A stretch of 63,720 bases of DNA, the filler included, from Octopus bimaculoides (Eukaryota): the NCBI RefSeq assembly GCF_001194135.2. It is 6 parts of 5 records of this genome, joined end to end, with 100 filler letters (N's around TTAATTAATTAA, not from the genome) between each part and the next. Parts side by side here need not be neighbours in the genome. Positions count along the whole stretch, not along the records: positions 61,231 to 63,720 come from NC_068986.1; 5 more parts are not named here. One strand, written 5' to 3'. The notes beneath the pieces were generated by a model, which was given only the letters and a program-made list of their open reading frames with translations, searched no databases and was not told where the DNA came from. Below, one piece after another: positions 63,687 through 63,720 of this stretch (positions are counted from its first letter, which is position 1; each line of letters opens with the position of its first letter). The position numbers were made by a program, and so were the translations under genes.

Positions 63687-63720
<34 letters not shown>

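Overview
AT-rich, gap-ridden animal genomic DNA, about 64 kb, dominated by di- and tri-nucleotide microsatellites, tRNA-derived SINEs and decayed transposons. The repeat landscape and the single gene suggest an octopod cephalopod; this is my recognition, not a database result. The only intact protein-coding gene I can support is an intronless 400-aa Cys-loop receptor (52526-53728, +). It has lost the acetylcholine-binding residues and looks like an octopus chemotactile receptor (CR) paralogue, with some unusual substitutions. Recognisable TE remnants: mariner, Chapaev3-like, Mutator/Foldback-like, Tx1, R4/Dong, RTE, CR1-group, Penelope GIY-YIG and possibly Helitron. The most novel-looking observation is a tRNA-headed SINE-like element seen at three loci (about 28.5, 44.0 and 61.4 kb). 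Its 3' part carries a minimal hammerhead-ribozyme fold, and it has the inverted 5' tail copy typical of Penelope-like retroelements, so it is a candidate Penelope-mobilised, ribozyme-bearing SINE. Also notable is a Foldback-like element with a 9-bp TSD built around head-to-head telomeric repeats. Five 100-bp gaps contain an artificial TTAATTAATTAA linker, so long-range adjacency is uncertain. All long ORFs in the track other than the receptor are microsatellite translations, N-runs or TE fragments.
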